A stretch of DNA of 64,000 bases from an uncultured Veillonellaceae bacterium (GTDB lineage Bacteria > Bacillota > Negativicutes > JARBTT01). Below, one piece after another: positions 20,624 to 32,100 of this stretch; the first letter of the stretch is position 1; every line of letters starts with the position of its first letter. The notes beneath the pieces were generated by a model. That model made no database searches and was not told the DNA's origin. It saw nothing but the letters and a program-made list of their open reading frames with translations. Location: contig CAWDTA010000004.1 of assembly GCA_963805085.1 (NCBI GenBank), positions 410,233 through 474,232 on the forward strand. Direction: 5' to 3'. Made by a program: the position numbers and the translations under genes.

Positions 20624-22600
20624 CTAAATTCTAAACTTTGTCACTTCACTCTGTAAATCCTGAGCCAACTTAGCTAGCGCTTGACTGGAAGATGCGATTT
20701 CCTCCATAGAAGCCAATTGCTCCTCTGCAGCTGCAGAAACATTTTGTGACTCACCTGCCGATTTTTTACTAAATTCATCTATTCTCTTAACAGAGCTATC
20801 TATTCTCTCACTACCAGCGGAAATTTGTTGCATAGCTACCGAAATTTCCTTAACTTGCCCTGATACTGCAGTAACCATAGTGACAATTTCCTGGAAAGCC
20901 AATCCTGCGGCATCCACTGATTCAGCCCCGATCTTAACTTCACGTGTACCATCATTCATCGCAACTACTGCTTTATCAGTTTCTCCTTGGATTTCTCCGA
21001 TAAGTTCAGCGATTTTCTTGGCAGCTTCCTGAGATTGTTCCGCCAATTTACGCACTTCCTCAGCTACAACTGCGAAACCTCTTCCCTGTTCTCCCGCCCG
21101 TGCTGCTTCAATCGCAGCATTAAGCGCTAGTAGGTTCGTCTGCCCAGCAATTCCAGAAATAGTATCAACAATCTGACCAATTTCTTTTGATCGTTCACCC
21201 AATTTAGCCACGACTTGAGCCGAGGTATTGACCGTTTTTTCAATCTGATTCATTTGTACGACCGCTTGTTTTACTGTTTGATCTCCATCTTTTGCCTTAT
21301 CAGCTACTTGACCTGATTGCGCAGCGGCCTGACTGGCATTATCTGCAATTTGCTGAATACTAGTACCCATCTGATTTACAATGGCAGAGGTTTCGTTCAC
21401 TGCTACCATTTGTTCACTAGCACCTTCTGCAACATCGGTAATTGACGTAGCAATATGATTTGCAGCCTCAGCTGATTGCTGCGAACTGGCAGTAAGTTCT
21501 TCCGAGGAAGCTGCCAACTGTTCGGTCGCACTAAGTATTTTATGAATGAGATGGCGCAAATTTTTCTCCATCTGCTCAAAGCTTTTTCCTAGTCGACCAA
21601 TTTCATCATTCGAATCAATATTCAACTGAACATCTGAGATATCACCCGAAGCAATACGATTTGCTTCTTCCTCCAGTATCTGAATCGGTCTAGCAATGCG
21701 TCGAGCAAACCACCAAATAATCAATCCCGCTAAGATCAGAACTATGATAATTGTTACTAATGAAATCATTGTTAAGGAGGAGATTGCTCCCATAACCTCC
21801 GTTGTTGGAACATTGATTGCAAACGACCATTTGGTACCTGGCACTGGCGCAAAAGCCACTATCTTATTAGTACCAGCATACGCATAACCAGCTACCCCAG
21901 ATTCACCTTTGACTAAGCGCTCATTGACTAAGCGAAGTTCTTGCGGAAGTTTAGGATCTTGTACGGCATTTACCTTCATCGCAATTTCCTTGTCAGGGTG
22001 AATGATTGCCAACCCATCGCCTTGCAAAACATAGGCATAACCTGTCTCTCCAGCCTTTATATCCAATACTTTTTTCGTTACCTCTTCCATTGTAATCGAA
22101 CCATAAATTACACCAGTGACCTTACCATCTGTTTTAACAGGAACTGCAATTACCGTTATCATTTTACCACTGGCCTTGGATACCACCGGATCCGAAATAG
22201 CAATTTCTCCCTTAATCGCTTTTTGATAGTACTCTCTATCAGCTAAAGTACCATGTGATCCTAAGGAATTTATATTCTCACCATCCAGCTTAATGTAGCC
22301 GATGGCATCATATGCAATATTAGTTTTTGCCGCATTGACTAAAAAGGGCATCATCACCGCGAAATCACCACTCTGCACCTGTGGAGAAACAGACACAATG
22401 ACTAACTCTGCCTGCCTAGCCTTTAACCAGTCTCCAACATCACCTGCATGACTTTTCGCAGTTTCTGCAATTTCAACATTTAGATTTTGCGTAATAATCT
22501 GCCTTGCTCGCCAGTAGTTCAGCCCACCTAAAATACTCATTGATACTAGGAAGATGCTCAAAATAACTATGATTAGTTTTGTCTGTATGCTTCTCATCAT
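20624..22600 (-). CDS. Methyl-accepting chemotaxis protein (dCache sensor)
   Basis: [26 protein letters not shown]; HAMP; [23 protein letters not shown]. Confidence 0.95.
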   Translation of the reverse strand: MMRSIQTKLIIVILSIFLVSMSILGGLNYWRARQIITQNLNVEIAETAKSHAGDVGDWLKARQAELVIVSVSPQVQSGDFAVMMPFLVNAAKTNIAYDAIGYIKLDGENINSLGSHGTLADREYYQKAIKGEIAISDPVVSKASGKMITVIAVPVKTDGKVTGVIYGSITMEEVTKKVLDIKAGETGYAYVLQGDGLAIIHPDKEIAMKVNAVQDPKLPQELRLVNERLVKGESGVAGYAYAGTNKIVAFAPVPGTKWSFAINVPTTEVMGAISSLTMISLVTIIIVLILAGLIIWWFARRIARPIQILEEEANRIASGDISDVQLNIDSNDEIGRLGKSFEQMEKNLRHLIHKILSATEQLAASSEELTASSQQSAEAANHIATSITDVAEGASEQMVAVNETSAIVNQMGTSIQQIADNASQAAAQSGQVADKAKDGDQTVKQAVVQMNQIEKTVNTSAQVVAKLGERSKEIGQIVDTISGIAGQTNLLALNAAIEAARAGEQGRGFAVVAEEVRKLAEQSQEAAKKIAELIGEIQGETDKAVVAMNDGTREVKIGAESVDAAGLAFQEIVTMVTAVSGQVKEISVAMQQISAGSERIDSSVKRIDEFSKKSAGESQNVSAAAEEQLASMEEIASSSQALAKLAQDLQSEVTKFRI

Positions 22601-22821
22601 GTCCGCCCCCAGTTTTCATACTATTCCGACTATTATACAAGTATAATTCGAGACAATACCAATAATAACCTGCTTTTTTTTAATATTTTTAGAACTTTTG
22701 ACCTAATTACACTTTACATTGCAACTTATACAAATTATGGTTAATTGAAAAGTTTCTGGGCACAATAACCGACAGTAACGATGATATTCTAATAAGTACA
22801 AATTGATTGGCAGGGTAAACT

Positions 22822-24429
22822 ATGCGACAAAGCGTCCTGATAAAAATTATTCATCAGCTAAAAACTTTCCTAAAAGCAAAAAAGATAAAGAATTGGAAAG
22901 CACCCCCGTTGTCATATGACAACGGTAATCTTGGTGCAATATCGAAGGATTTAGATCGTAATCTATATTTCATAAAGCATATCTTTGCCCAATGTAGTGA
23001 TATCATCATCCGAGAATTTAAAATTGGCATGGATCAACAAATCGAAGTTTTTTTAGTTATGGTAGATGGACTTACAGACAAATCAGCAATCCATGACAAT
23101 TTGATAAAAGCCCTACTTCTATCTCATTGTAAGATAAATAAGCATAATGCATTGCCGATTGTGGAGCAGTGTGTTTTATCGCTTGCTTCTATAAGTAAAA
23201 CTAAGACTTTGGACAATGTCGTTCATGCTATACTTGCTGGTGATACCGCACTATTTATTGATGGATCAGATACTGTCATGATTGCTTCCCTTCGCGCTTG
23301 GGAATCTAGGAGTGTGGAAGAACCAGATACGGAAGCGGTTGTACGAGGACCACGCGAAGGTTTTATCGAAACATTGCGCAGTAATACCGCCTTATTGCGT
23401 CGGTATATTAGAACTCCTAATCTAAAAACCGAAATGATGAATATCGGAACACAAACAAAAACAGATGTATGCATTATTTATATCAAAGGTATTGTCGATG
23501 AGAAAATCGTCCAAGAAGTAAAGCTTCGATTATCAAAGATTGAAATTGATTCTATATTGGAATCTGGCTATATTGAGTCCTTTATTGAGGATGCACCATT
23601 TTCACTATTTCCAACTGTTGGAAATAGTGAAAAACCTGATGTGATCAGTGCAAAATTACTAGAAGGCAGAGTTGCAATTCTTGTTGATGGCACCCCTTTT
23701 GTCCTCACAATTCCTTATTTATTTATCGAAGCCTTTCAATCTAGTGAAGATTATTATTTACGCCCCTACTATGCCAGTTTTATCAGATTGCTAAGATGGC
23801 TATCGTTTTCTATCGCGGTTTTTTTACCTTCGGTATATGTCGCACTTACCACTTTTCATCAAGAAATATTACCCCTTTCTCTATTACTAAGCATTGCCGC
23901 CGCGCAAGAAGGCACCCCATTTCCCGCAGCATTCGAAGCTATTCTCATGCAAATCATCTACGAAATACTAAAAGAAGCTGGTGTCAGGCTTCCTAGGCCT
24001 GTTGGTCAGGCGATTAGCATTGTCGGCGCTCTCGTTATCGGCGAAGCAGCCGTTACCGCAGGATTGATTGGCGCGCCCATGGTCGTGATCGTAGCACTTA
24101 CTGCAATTTCTTCCTTTGTTGTTCCCTCGTTAGGTGATGTTAATGTCATGATGCGACTTGGACTGCTTATTTTGTCAGGATTTTCTGGGCTCTATGGAAT
24201 TATTATGGGGTTTGTCGTGATTCTTATCCATCAATGTTCGCTACGTTCATTTGGTATTCCTTACATGTCACCAATCGCACCAGCCAATCTTTCTGACATG
24301 AAGGATGTCTTTGTCAGAGTTCCTTGGTGGGCGATGCTGACAAGGCCAAATTTTTCCGGTGCTAAAAATCGCAAACGACAAAAATATGGTCAAATTCCCC
24401 AGCCACCTAGTAACGAACGCAAAATTTAA
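22822..24429 (+). CDS. Spore germination receptor subunit A (GerA/GerKA family)
   Basis: EAVVRGPREGFIE, LEGRVAILVDG, EAGVRLPRPVGQAISIVGALVIG. Confidence 0.95.
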   Translation: MRQSVLIKIIHQLKTFLKAKKIKNWKAPPLSYDNGNLGAISKDLDRNLYFIKHIFAQCSDIIIREFKIGMDQQIEVFLVMVDGLTDKSAIHDNLIKALLLSHCKINKHNALPIVEQCVLSLASISKTKTLDNVVHAILAGDTALFIDGSDTVMIASLRAWESRSVEEPDTEAVVRGPREGFIETLRSNTALLRRYIRTPNLKTEMMNIGTQTKTDVCIIYIKGIVDEKIVQEVKLRLSKIEIDSILESGYIESFIEDAPFSLFPTVGNSEKPDVISAKLLEGRVAILVDGTPFVLTIPYLFIEAFQSSEDYYLRPYYASFIRLLRWLSFSIAVFLPSVYVALTTFHQEILPLSLLLSIAAAQEGTPFPAAFEAILMQIIYEILKEAGVRLPRPVGQAISIVGALVIGEAAVTAGLIGAPMVVIVALTAISSFVVPSLGDVNVMMRLGLLILSGFSGLYGIIMGFVVILIHQCSLRSFGIPYMSPIAPANLSDMKDVFVRVPWWAMLTRPNFSGAKNRKRQKYGQIPQPPSNERKI

Positions 24430-24457
24430 TAATTGAAAAATGAAAGGAGTGGTTCAT

Positions 24458-25579
24458 GTGTTGGAAGATGGCAAAATCAGCAATAAACAATTGATCCTAA
24501 TTGTATTTATCTTTAGAGAAGTCGTAAATTTAACTTATTTCCCGTTTCTAACAGCACCACCGGAAAACCAAGATATATGGATTTCCATATTGCTGAGCTT
24601 GCCCGTTCAGTTAGCATTAACCGCTCCTGTTTATTATTTATGGACAAAATTTCCTAATAAGACCATCATTCAATATAGTCAACTAATTGTCGGGAAGGCT
24701 GGTAAATTAATAGGATTTATGTATATATTGTTTTTTATTCAGTTAACTGCCTTACTTATGGTTCAATTTAGCTACTTTTTTCTCATAGCAATTATGCCAG
24801 AAACCCCGATCGCTTTTTTTCTAATTTCATTTATGCTTGTTTGTGCTTATGCTGTACGAAATGGTCTTGAAGTAATAACTCGTTTAACGGAAATATTCGT
24901 ACCAATTACTATAATTGCAGTAATCATTATTCTCATATTTATGTTTAAAACTATGGACTTTAAAGCGTTATTACCAATTATGGAGAATGGCTTTACCCCT
25001 GTATTTTATGGCGGTTTAATCACAGCAAGCCGCTTTGTAGAAATTATGTATTTTGCAATGTTATTACCATTTTTAAACAATTCTCGAAAAATAAAATCTA
25101 CAATTTTATTCACTTATTTACTGATTGATATTAATGCTTTACTTATTGCAATTCCAATCATAACAATTTTTGGTACAGCAGATGCCAAGATTCATTTATT
25201 TCCTTTTTTCGATGCAATTAGATTGGTAAATATCGGCGATTTTTGGGAACACATCGAAGTTATCCATCTGGCAGTTTGGCTGTGTGGAATCGTTGTTCAA
25301 GTATCTACGCTTTATTATTTAGCAGCTTTAGGAATTGGTCAATTATTCAATTTAAAAGATTATAAACCTTTGGTTTTACCACTAGGCACTATTATTATTT
25401 CTATAGCTATCTTGATAGCGCCAAACGTTGTTGAACAATTTAGATTTTTAAATTATAAAATATTTATTTGGTATAGTTTGTTTTTTATTTTAGTGATCCC
25501 ACTCATCCTTTTAATCCTATCGCTCATTCGTAGAAAAGGAGAAAAACGCCCATGGGCAAACAAAAAACCTTTAGTATAA
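24458..25579 (+). CDS. Spore germination receptor subunit B (GerAB/GerKB family)
   Basis: Polytopic, QDIWIS, MPETP, GLEVITR motifs; GTG start behind AAGGAG. Confidence 0.9.
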   Translation: MLEDGKISNKQLILIVFIFREVVNLTYFPFLTAPPENQDIWISILLSLPVQLALTAPVYYLWTKFPNKTIIQYSQLIVGKAGKLIGFMYILFFIQLTALLMVQFSYFFLIAIMPETPIAFFLISFMLVCAYAVRNGLEVITRLTEIFVPITIIAVIIILIFMFKTMDFKALLPIMENGFTPVFYGGLITASRFVEIMYFAMLLPFLNNSRKIKSTILFTYLLIDINALLIAIPIITIFGTADAKIHLFPFFDAIRLVNIGDFWEHIEVIHLAVWLCGIVVQVSTLYYLAALGIGQLFNLKDYKPLVLPLGTIIISIAILIAPNVVEQFRFLNYKIFIWYSLFFILVIPLILLILSLIRRKGEKRPWANKKPLV

Positions 25580-26721
25580 TTTTGTTGATAGCATTATCTC
25601 TTTTATTGAGTGGTTGCTGGAATCGCAGGGAATTGAGTAATCTAAGTATTATGCAAGCAATTGGTATTGACAAAACAGAAGACGGACAAATTAGCATTAC
25701 TGTCCAAATTCTCAAGCCTGGTTCCATTAAAAGTAAAAATTCTGAAGATGATAAGGCAACAACGACACTTACAGTTACCGGAAAAACTATTCAAGAAGCA
25801 TTCCGCAATGCAACAACAGAAGCAGACAGAAAACTATACGGAGCTCATGTGAAAGTTGTTGTGATTGGCGAAGAAACTGCCAAAATGGGCATTGCACCAC
25901 TACTTGATTTATTCAATCGTGATCATGAAGATCGAAGAACTCGGTTCATGTTCATTGCGCACGGCAAGGCAAAAGATGTCCTAGAAACAGAAAATCCCCA
26001 AGAAAAAATCCCTGCAAAAGCAATTGAAAGCTTAGCGAAAGCAACCACGTCTACTTCACAAATACCGAAAGTCATTCTAAATGACGTTTTAAAAACCATT
26101 GCCAGCAAAACGAGTGCTCCCTTTATTCCGGGTATTGAGGTTATAGAAGAAAAAAAAGCTGAAAAATCAAAGAAAAAGCTAAAACTTGAAGGTACTGCAG
26201 TTTTCAAAGAAGATAAATTAATTGGCTGGTTAGATAAAAAAGAAACGCGTGGTTTGCTTTGGATATTAGGTCAAGTGAAAAGCGGCATCCTTATTGTTAA
26301 CTCACCTAGTGATGAAGATAAATATGTAAGTTTAGAAATCATTAGGGCTTCAAGTAAGGTTAAACCGAAGTTTATGGATGACAGATTCATCATGAATGTT
26401 AAAGTTACCGAAACTGGAAATTTTTCAGAGCAATTTTCAGGCGCACGCTTAACGACGCCTGAAACTTTCAAACAACTCGAAGAAAAACAAAAAGCTGCTA
26501 TTCATGAGGAAATCAATGCTGTTATTTATAAAGCACAAAAAGAATTAGGCGTTGATATCTTTAAATTTGGTGAAGCTGTTCATCGGGAATATCCACAGGA
26601 ATGGAAAGAACTTAAAACGAGATGGGCTGAAGAATTTACTAATCTAGACATTAATGTAGACATTGATGCCAGTCTTCGTAATGTTGGCATGATTATGTCG
26701 ACAGAAGAAGCAGCTGAATAA
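25552..26721 (+). CDS. Spore germination receptor subunit C lipoprotein (Ger(x)C)
   Basis: Lipobox LLSGCW, AIGID, DIFKFG motifs. Confidence 0.93.
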   Translation: MGKQKTFSIILLIALSLLLSGCWNRRELSNLSIMQAIGIDKTEDGQISITVQILKPGSIKSKNSEDDKATTTLTVTGKTIQEAFRNATTEADRKLYGAHVKVVVIGEETAKMGIAPLLDLFNRDHEDRRTRFMFIAHGKAKDVLETENPQEKIPAKAIESLAKATTSTSQIPKVILNDVLKTIASKTSAPFIPGIEVIEEKKAEKSKKKLKLEGTAVFKEDKLIGWLDKKETRGLLWILGQVKSGILIVNSPSDEDKYVSLEIIRASSKVKPKFMDDRFIMNVKVTETGNFSEQFSGARLTTPETFKQLEEKQKAAIHEEINAVIYKAQKELGVDIFKFGEAVHREYPQEWKELKTRWAEEFTNLDINVDIDASLRNVGMIMSTEEAAE

Positions 26722-26738
26722 AGGAGTGAAAATAGACA

Positions 26739-26956
26739 ATGAAAATACTTATGGTAATTGGTGCTTTTATTTTTATTGGATGGTTAGAAATACCCCAATT
26801 ATTAAAAAAAAACATTGGAATGAACTTGCAACCTTTTTAGTATTACTATTCATCGGTTTTACGTTAAATTTTCTTTATATTATTGATATAAAATTACCAA
26901 ATCCTAATAAAGGCATAGAATATTTGATCCACTTCGTGCAATCAACACAAAAATAA
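26739..26956 (+). pseudogene. Small membrane protein of ger operons, frameshifted at an A9 run
   Basis: ATG 26739 gives MKILMVIGAFIFIGWLEIPQLLKK; one extra A in 26804-26812 joins it to KHWNELATFLVLLFIGFTL...LPNP (72 aa). Confidence 0.7.
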
Positions 26957-27020
26957 ATTCTTGTTTTTGATGCTTGCACTCCTGAAAACAAAATAAACGC
27001 TTTACTTACCTGCTGGCAAA

Positions 27021-27047
27021 AAAGGAAATTTCCATCCTTTGGAGAAT
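27021..27047 (+). promoter_or_regulatory. SigH-type promoter of the PocR kinase
   Basis: AAAGGAAAT...GGAGAAT (AGGA-17-GAAT). Confidence 0.55.
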
Positions 27048-27124
27048 CATTAAATTGAATATTTATTTTTCTGATAAAACGGAAGATTGATTTGGCTACG
27101 AGTGATGCGTATGGAGGATGTTGA

Positions 27125-28570
27125 ATGGATCAAGAAAACCAAGTGAAAGCAACAACAAAAACTGATTTGAAATTAAATAATATACGACTGGCAGACGTTA
27201 TAGACACTAAATTTCTACAGCATTTTCAAGATGATTTTGCTAAAGGTATGGGTGTTGCCAGTATTACTGTTGATCTTGAAGGAAAGCCCGTTACAAAGCC
27301 AAGTAATTATACAAGATTTTGTATGGATTATACCCATTCCACAGAGTGTGGAGACAAACGTTGCGCAGAATCACATATGCGAGGCGGTGAAAAGGCGGCT
27401 CGTCATGGCAAGCCAATTGTGTATGAATGCCATGCTGGACTAATTGATTTTGCCGCTCCTATCATATTAGAAGGGCAACACATCGGCACAATATTAGGCG
27501 GTCAAATCCTCACGAATATTCCTAATGAAGGAAAATGGCGTAAAATTGCCAAGGAAATTGGTGTTAACGAAGCAGGCTACCTTGAAGCAATAAAAGAAAT
27601 ACGTCAATTATCAAAAGAGCGTGTGGAAGCAGCAGCAAATGTACTTTACATCGTTGCTAATAATATGTCGAAAACCAAATATCATCAGCAGAAATTAACC
27701 GAAAAATCCAATTTACTTAGTAATAGTCTTGATAAAATATCACTGGCAATGCAGGAAGTAGCTGCTTCCTCCAAGCGAGTAAGTGCCGAACAAATAAATC
27801 CAGTTAAAGTGCTCAGTACTGTTGATGCCATAACAAACAAAATGAATGAAGTGATTAATTCAACGAAGGAAATCGCCGCGATGCTGGCTAAGCAAAAATT
27901 AGAAATGGCTCGTTTAGATAGGCTAAACTTAGTCGGAGAAATGGCAGCTAGTCTTGGTCATGAAGTTAGAAATCCCCTTACTACGGTTAGAGGCTTCTTA
28001 CAGCTTTTCTACAAAAAGGATGAATTTAAAAAATATACTTCCAGCTTAGATATTATGATTGAAGAGCTAGATCGTGCCAATGAAATCATTACGGAATTCT
28101 TATCCTTGGCAAGAGATCGTAAATTAGATTTAAAAACATTGGATTTAAATCTAATAATAAAGAGAATAGTGCCTCTATTTCAAGCCGCTGGAATCCTTAA
28201 AAGCGTACAGATTAAGCTTGAACTTGAAACGATTCACCTTCTATTATTAGACGAAAAAGAAATTAGACAATTAATCTTAAATTTAGTGATCAATGCAATT
28301 GAAGCAACTAGTAAAGATGGCATTGTAACAATAAAAACATTGCAAGAGGACGGTAGAATTAGTTTGATAATCAGTGATAACGGCTGCGGCATTTCTCCAG
28401 CTATTATCAATAAGCTTGGAACCCCTTTTTTATCAACAAAAGCACAAGGAACCGGACTAGGGTTAGCAATCTGCTACAATATCGCCGATCGCCATTCTGC
28501 AACCATAACCATTACAAGTAATGAAGGTATCGGAACTACTGTAGCCGTTGCATTTAATAATTCTATCTAG
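27125..28570 (+). CDS. Cytoplasmic PocR-domain histidine kinase (sporulation-kinase-like transmitter)
   Basis: PocR (FC...[16 protein letters not shown]), H-box GHEVRNPLT, N-box LNLVINA, DNGCG, GTGLGL. Confidence 0.9.
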   Translation: MDQENQVKATTKTDLKLNNIRLADVIDTKFLQHFQDDFAKGMGVASITVDLEGKPVTKPSNYTRFCMDYTHSTECGDKRCAESHMRGGEKAARHGKPIVYECHAGLIDFAAPIILEGQHIGTILGGQILTNIPNEGKWRKIAKEIGVNEAGYLEAIKEIRQLSKERVEAAANVLYIVANNMSKTKYHQQKLTEKSNLLSNSLDKISLAMQEVAASSKRVSAEQINPVKVLSTVDAITNKMNEVINSTKEIAAMLAKQKLEMARLDRLNLVGEMAASLGHEVRNPLTTVRGFLQLFYKKDEFKKYTSSLDIMIEELDRANEIITEFLSLARDRKLDLKTLDLNLIIKRIVPLFQAAGILKSVQIKLELETIHLLLLDEKEIRQLILNLVINAIEATSKDGIVTIKTLQEDGRISLIISDNGCGISPAIINKLGTPFLSTKAQGTGLGLAICYNIADRHSATITITSNEGIGTTVAVAFNNSI

Positions 28571-28599
28571 AATACTTATACAATATAAGCAATTAAATA

Positions 28600-28658
28600 A
28601 AAAAATAGTAGATATGTTAAGCTAAAAAGCGTTCCGCCTAACATATCTACTATTTTTT
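28600..28658. terminator. Bidirectional terminator between kinase and CheY-like gene
   Basis: AAAAAATAGTAGATATGTTA...TAACATATCTACTATTTTTT. Confidence 0.8.
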
Positions 28659-28696
28659 ATTTTTCAATAATAATATAAATATAAAAATTACTGAAG

Positions 28697-29080
28697 TTAG
28701 TTTGCCTTCACCAAGCCGTTCTGCTCCAACACCAGATCAACGACAGGTAGCAATTTATCCTCGGAAAGTGGCTTTAACACATAATTTTTGGCCCCATTAC
28801 TCAAGGCTTCAAAGACGATAGATTTTTGACCTAACGCACTTACAACGATAATATTCGCTTGTTGATCAGATTCTAAAATACACTTCATGGCTTCAATTCC
28901 ACTTAAACCAGGCATGGTGATATCCATGGTTACTATGTCAGGCTGACATTTAGGGTAATTTTCAATCGCTTGTTGTCCATTTATCGCTTCCCCAACTACC
29001 TCATGACCCGCTTTTTCAAGCATTTTGCGTAAAGTTACCCTCATAATCAAGGCATCATCAACAATCATAATTCGTGCCAT
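28697..29080 (-). CDS. CheY-like single-domain response regulator
   Basis: IVDDA, TMDITMP, VSA, KP. Confidence 0.92.
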   Translation of the reverse strand: MARIMIVDDALIMRVTLRKMLEKAGHEVVGEAINGQQAIENYPKCQPDIVTMDITMPGLSGIEAMKCILESDQQANIIVVSALGQKSIVFEALSNGAKNYVLKPLSEDKLLPVVDLVLEQNGLVKAN

Positions 29081-29122
29081 TTTACTCTTCCTTTCTTTAT
29101 TCTTAATATTTTTTAATCATTG

Positions 29123-32100
29123 CTAAAACACCAAACTTAAAGTAATTTTCCCTAGATCGGTATCAAGTATCCAAGTCGGTGTTTCCAATTGTGGATACTT
29201 AGCTGAAGCATCTTCTGCCAGAATACTAACTAATGTTTCGGCCGTTACAGCCCCACTCCATCCATGCAGTTCTTTTACTGCATCTTCAAAGATCTTTTTA
29301 GCATAATGAGATAACATATTTTCCAGCCTTCTATCAATGGATGCTTCTGTTACTTCTATAGAATCTCCGGTAAAATATTCAGCCGCCAAATGTTCTACAA
29401 CTGCCTGATCAGCGCTTAACACCATTCTGGAATTTCCTAGTCCTTTTATACCAAGGAAAGTTGTAACCTTACGTAGTTTTAGTTTTCCGCCCACCGCAGC
29501 TTCTAGATAAGTACAATTATTTAACTGCAACCCAGCATTTTTCTTAAAAAGAACTTCTGTCGCACGTACTAATGGATTTCCAAGTTGTCGTATCGAATAA
29601 GGCTGCTGCTCTTCAACTTGTGTAAATGGTAAGAAAAATTCAAACTGTGTACCTTCACCCAAAATAGTATTTACACGAACTGAGCCATTAAGTTTTTCTA
29701 GTTCAGTGCGCACAGCAGAAAGTCCAACACCACGGCCTGCTAGCGTATCGACATCTTTTGCCCCTGAAAAACCATCCGCAAAAATTAGCTTTATAATTTC
29801 TTCTGGTTGCATACCATTTACCAACTTTGCAGTGCATATTCTTTTTTTTATGGCAATATCACGAATATTGCTTACGTTCATCCCACGTCCATCATCAGTA
29901 ATAACAATTGTTATTCCTAATGGATTTTCTCTAACCGTACAAGTAATCTTACCGCTTTCATCCTTACCATTTTCTACTCTTTCTGCAAATGACTCCACCC
30001 CATGAACAATTGAATTGCGAAAAACATGTCCTAATGATTTTATAAAATCATTATATTTCAAAGGATCGACCAGCGTCTCTCCTCCCTCAATCTCAAAAGA
30101 ATGGATAGACTTTTCGTTTCGTTCAGCTAAAGAAACTACATAGTCAGGATATGACTGCAATAAATTTTTGATCGGCTGATACCGCAAGCGACGTAACTCT
30201 GGCAATAGCAAGTTACTCTCGCCATAAGGTAACATCCGTTGAACTTTTTCTTCAATTTCTAACAATCGATCATTGTCAATTACCAGCATATTTTCCTGCT
30301 GAAAAAAACTATCACCAAGCTTATCTTTCAATAATTCCAAGTCTTCATCAAGCCAACTAAGCATATTTTCCGGTGTAATATCACTAAGCTTTTCTAACAA
30401 CTGCTGACGATCTAATCGCACAATTTCATTGGAACGAATCGTAGCAAGCTTTTCCTCCAAATCATGCAATTTAGCCATAACATTTCCCATATGTAATTGA
30501 CCAAACGTGCCTTTAAAAGTATGTATGGTTCGAAACAAACTTGCCAATAGATCTCCTGCTGTTTTTTTCTCATTTAACAAACATGCCATTCCTTCTTGAC
30601 AAAAGCTTGTATATTGACTAACAGTTGCAAAAAAATCAGCTGAATGTGTCACTACATACACAATCATTGCAAGAATATCTCGCTCAATTTGGACACGATC
30701 TTCCATAGCCTTTCGCATCGTCTGGTCAGTAAGAATCAGCATAATTTTTTGTTGCTTCCGATCATTGGTATTCTCAATCAATTTATATGCCACACCAACA
30801 TAACTGCTGCCTAGCACAACTTCTTCTGGCAAAAGAGAAAAATATGTTTCCCGCAAGAACTCTTTTTCTTCACACAAAATTTTTTTAAATACAGCTTCTA
30901 GAAATACTTGTTGATCACGATCTTCTGGATAAATTAGAGCTGGAACAGCTGTTCCAACAATTTCACGGCGAAAAATTGTCCCACACTCCGCACTATACTC
31001 CCCACTAACAATTAGGTCTTCACCAAACGAGAGAAACCCCTGTCCTGCATGATCAAGAAGATTTCTCAAGGACGCTGTTCGTTCAGCTACCTTTTGCTCT
31101 AGCTCTTGATTCCAGATTTCAAGTTTTTCCTGGGAGGACTGCACTTCTTGATACATCTCCTGCAATGAATCCAAGGTATTGTTAATGGCATGCGTCAAAG
31201 CCCCCATCTCATCTTGTGAATAAATCTTGCCACGAAGGTTTAAATCCCCTTTTCCCGTGCCAGCCATTACGTTAGCCAATTGATATACCGCTTTGCGTAC
31301 CGACATATCAAAACCTACGAACAGATAACAAACCAGTAGCAAAATACCACCCGTAAACCAAACTACTATATTTCGATATTTCGAATATTGATCAATTCTC
31401 ATAACAAGCAATTGGTCAATGACATTCAGTTCTTCCTTATCTAACGCCTCGACATTTTCGATGGCTTGATTCCCCGTAGTCGTCAACAATTGTTTGGGAA
31501 TAGGTAACCCCTGCTGCCCCACCGTTTTTTGCTCAATATTCCAAGCGAAGATTGGCACAGAGTCTGCGAGTGTAGTATGTAATGTTTTCAATTTTGCCTT
31601 TATATTTTCATTGTGACGAAATACCAGTTGTACATTATGCTCAACCTGCTCCAAGCTAGAGTGTACCAAACCAATTACCTGTAACATCTGATTTCTACTA
31701 TCTGACGGAAGATTGTCATCATATAACTGAATCGATAAACTCTGTGCTGTACTCAGGCTATACATCAATCCAGGCAATTTTCGCAGTACAGAATCGACAA
31801 GATAGGATGTATCAAAATCAGAATCCATAGCCAAATTTGACTGATATCCTACATGCTGCATAAAATCCGTTACTTCATTAAGCCATCGGCTATCTAAGTC
31901 AAAAGCAACTTGCGCATGCCCAGTATCAGACTGCATTGCCGCTTGCTTACGAGCAAGCCAATCTTGCCGTAACATCTGTAATTTCCAAGTTGTATCCATT
32001 TGACTAGCTACCTGCTTGTCGATGGCATCCACCACCGCCAAAGCGTCATCCACTTTAGCTTGTTGAGCAAGCACTTCTCCCTGTAAAACACCATTTCCAT

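Noticed and set aside
26726-26956. 76-aa ORF as called in the track
   Set aside because: Its GTG overlaps the RBS and its N-terminus is the wrong frame of the frameshifted gene starting at 26739
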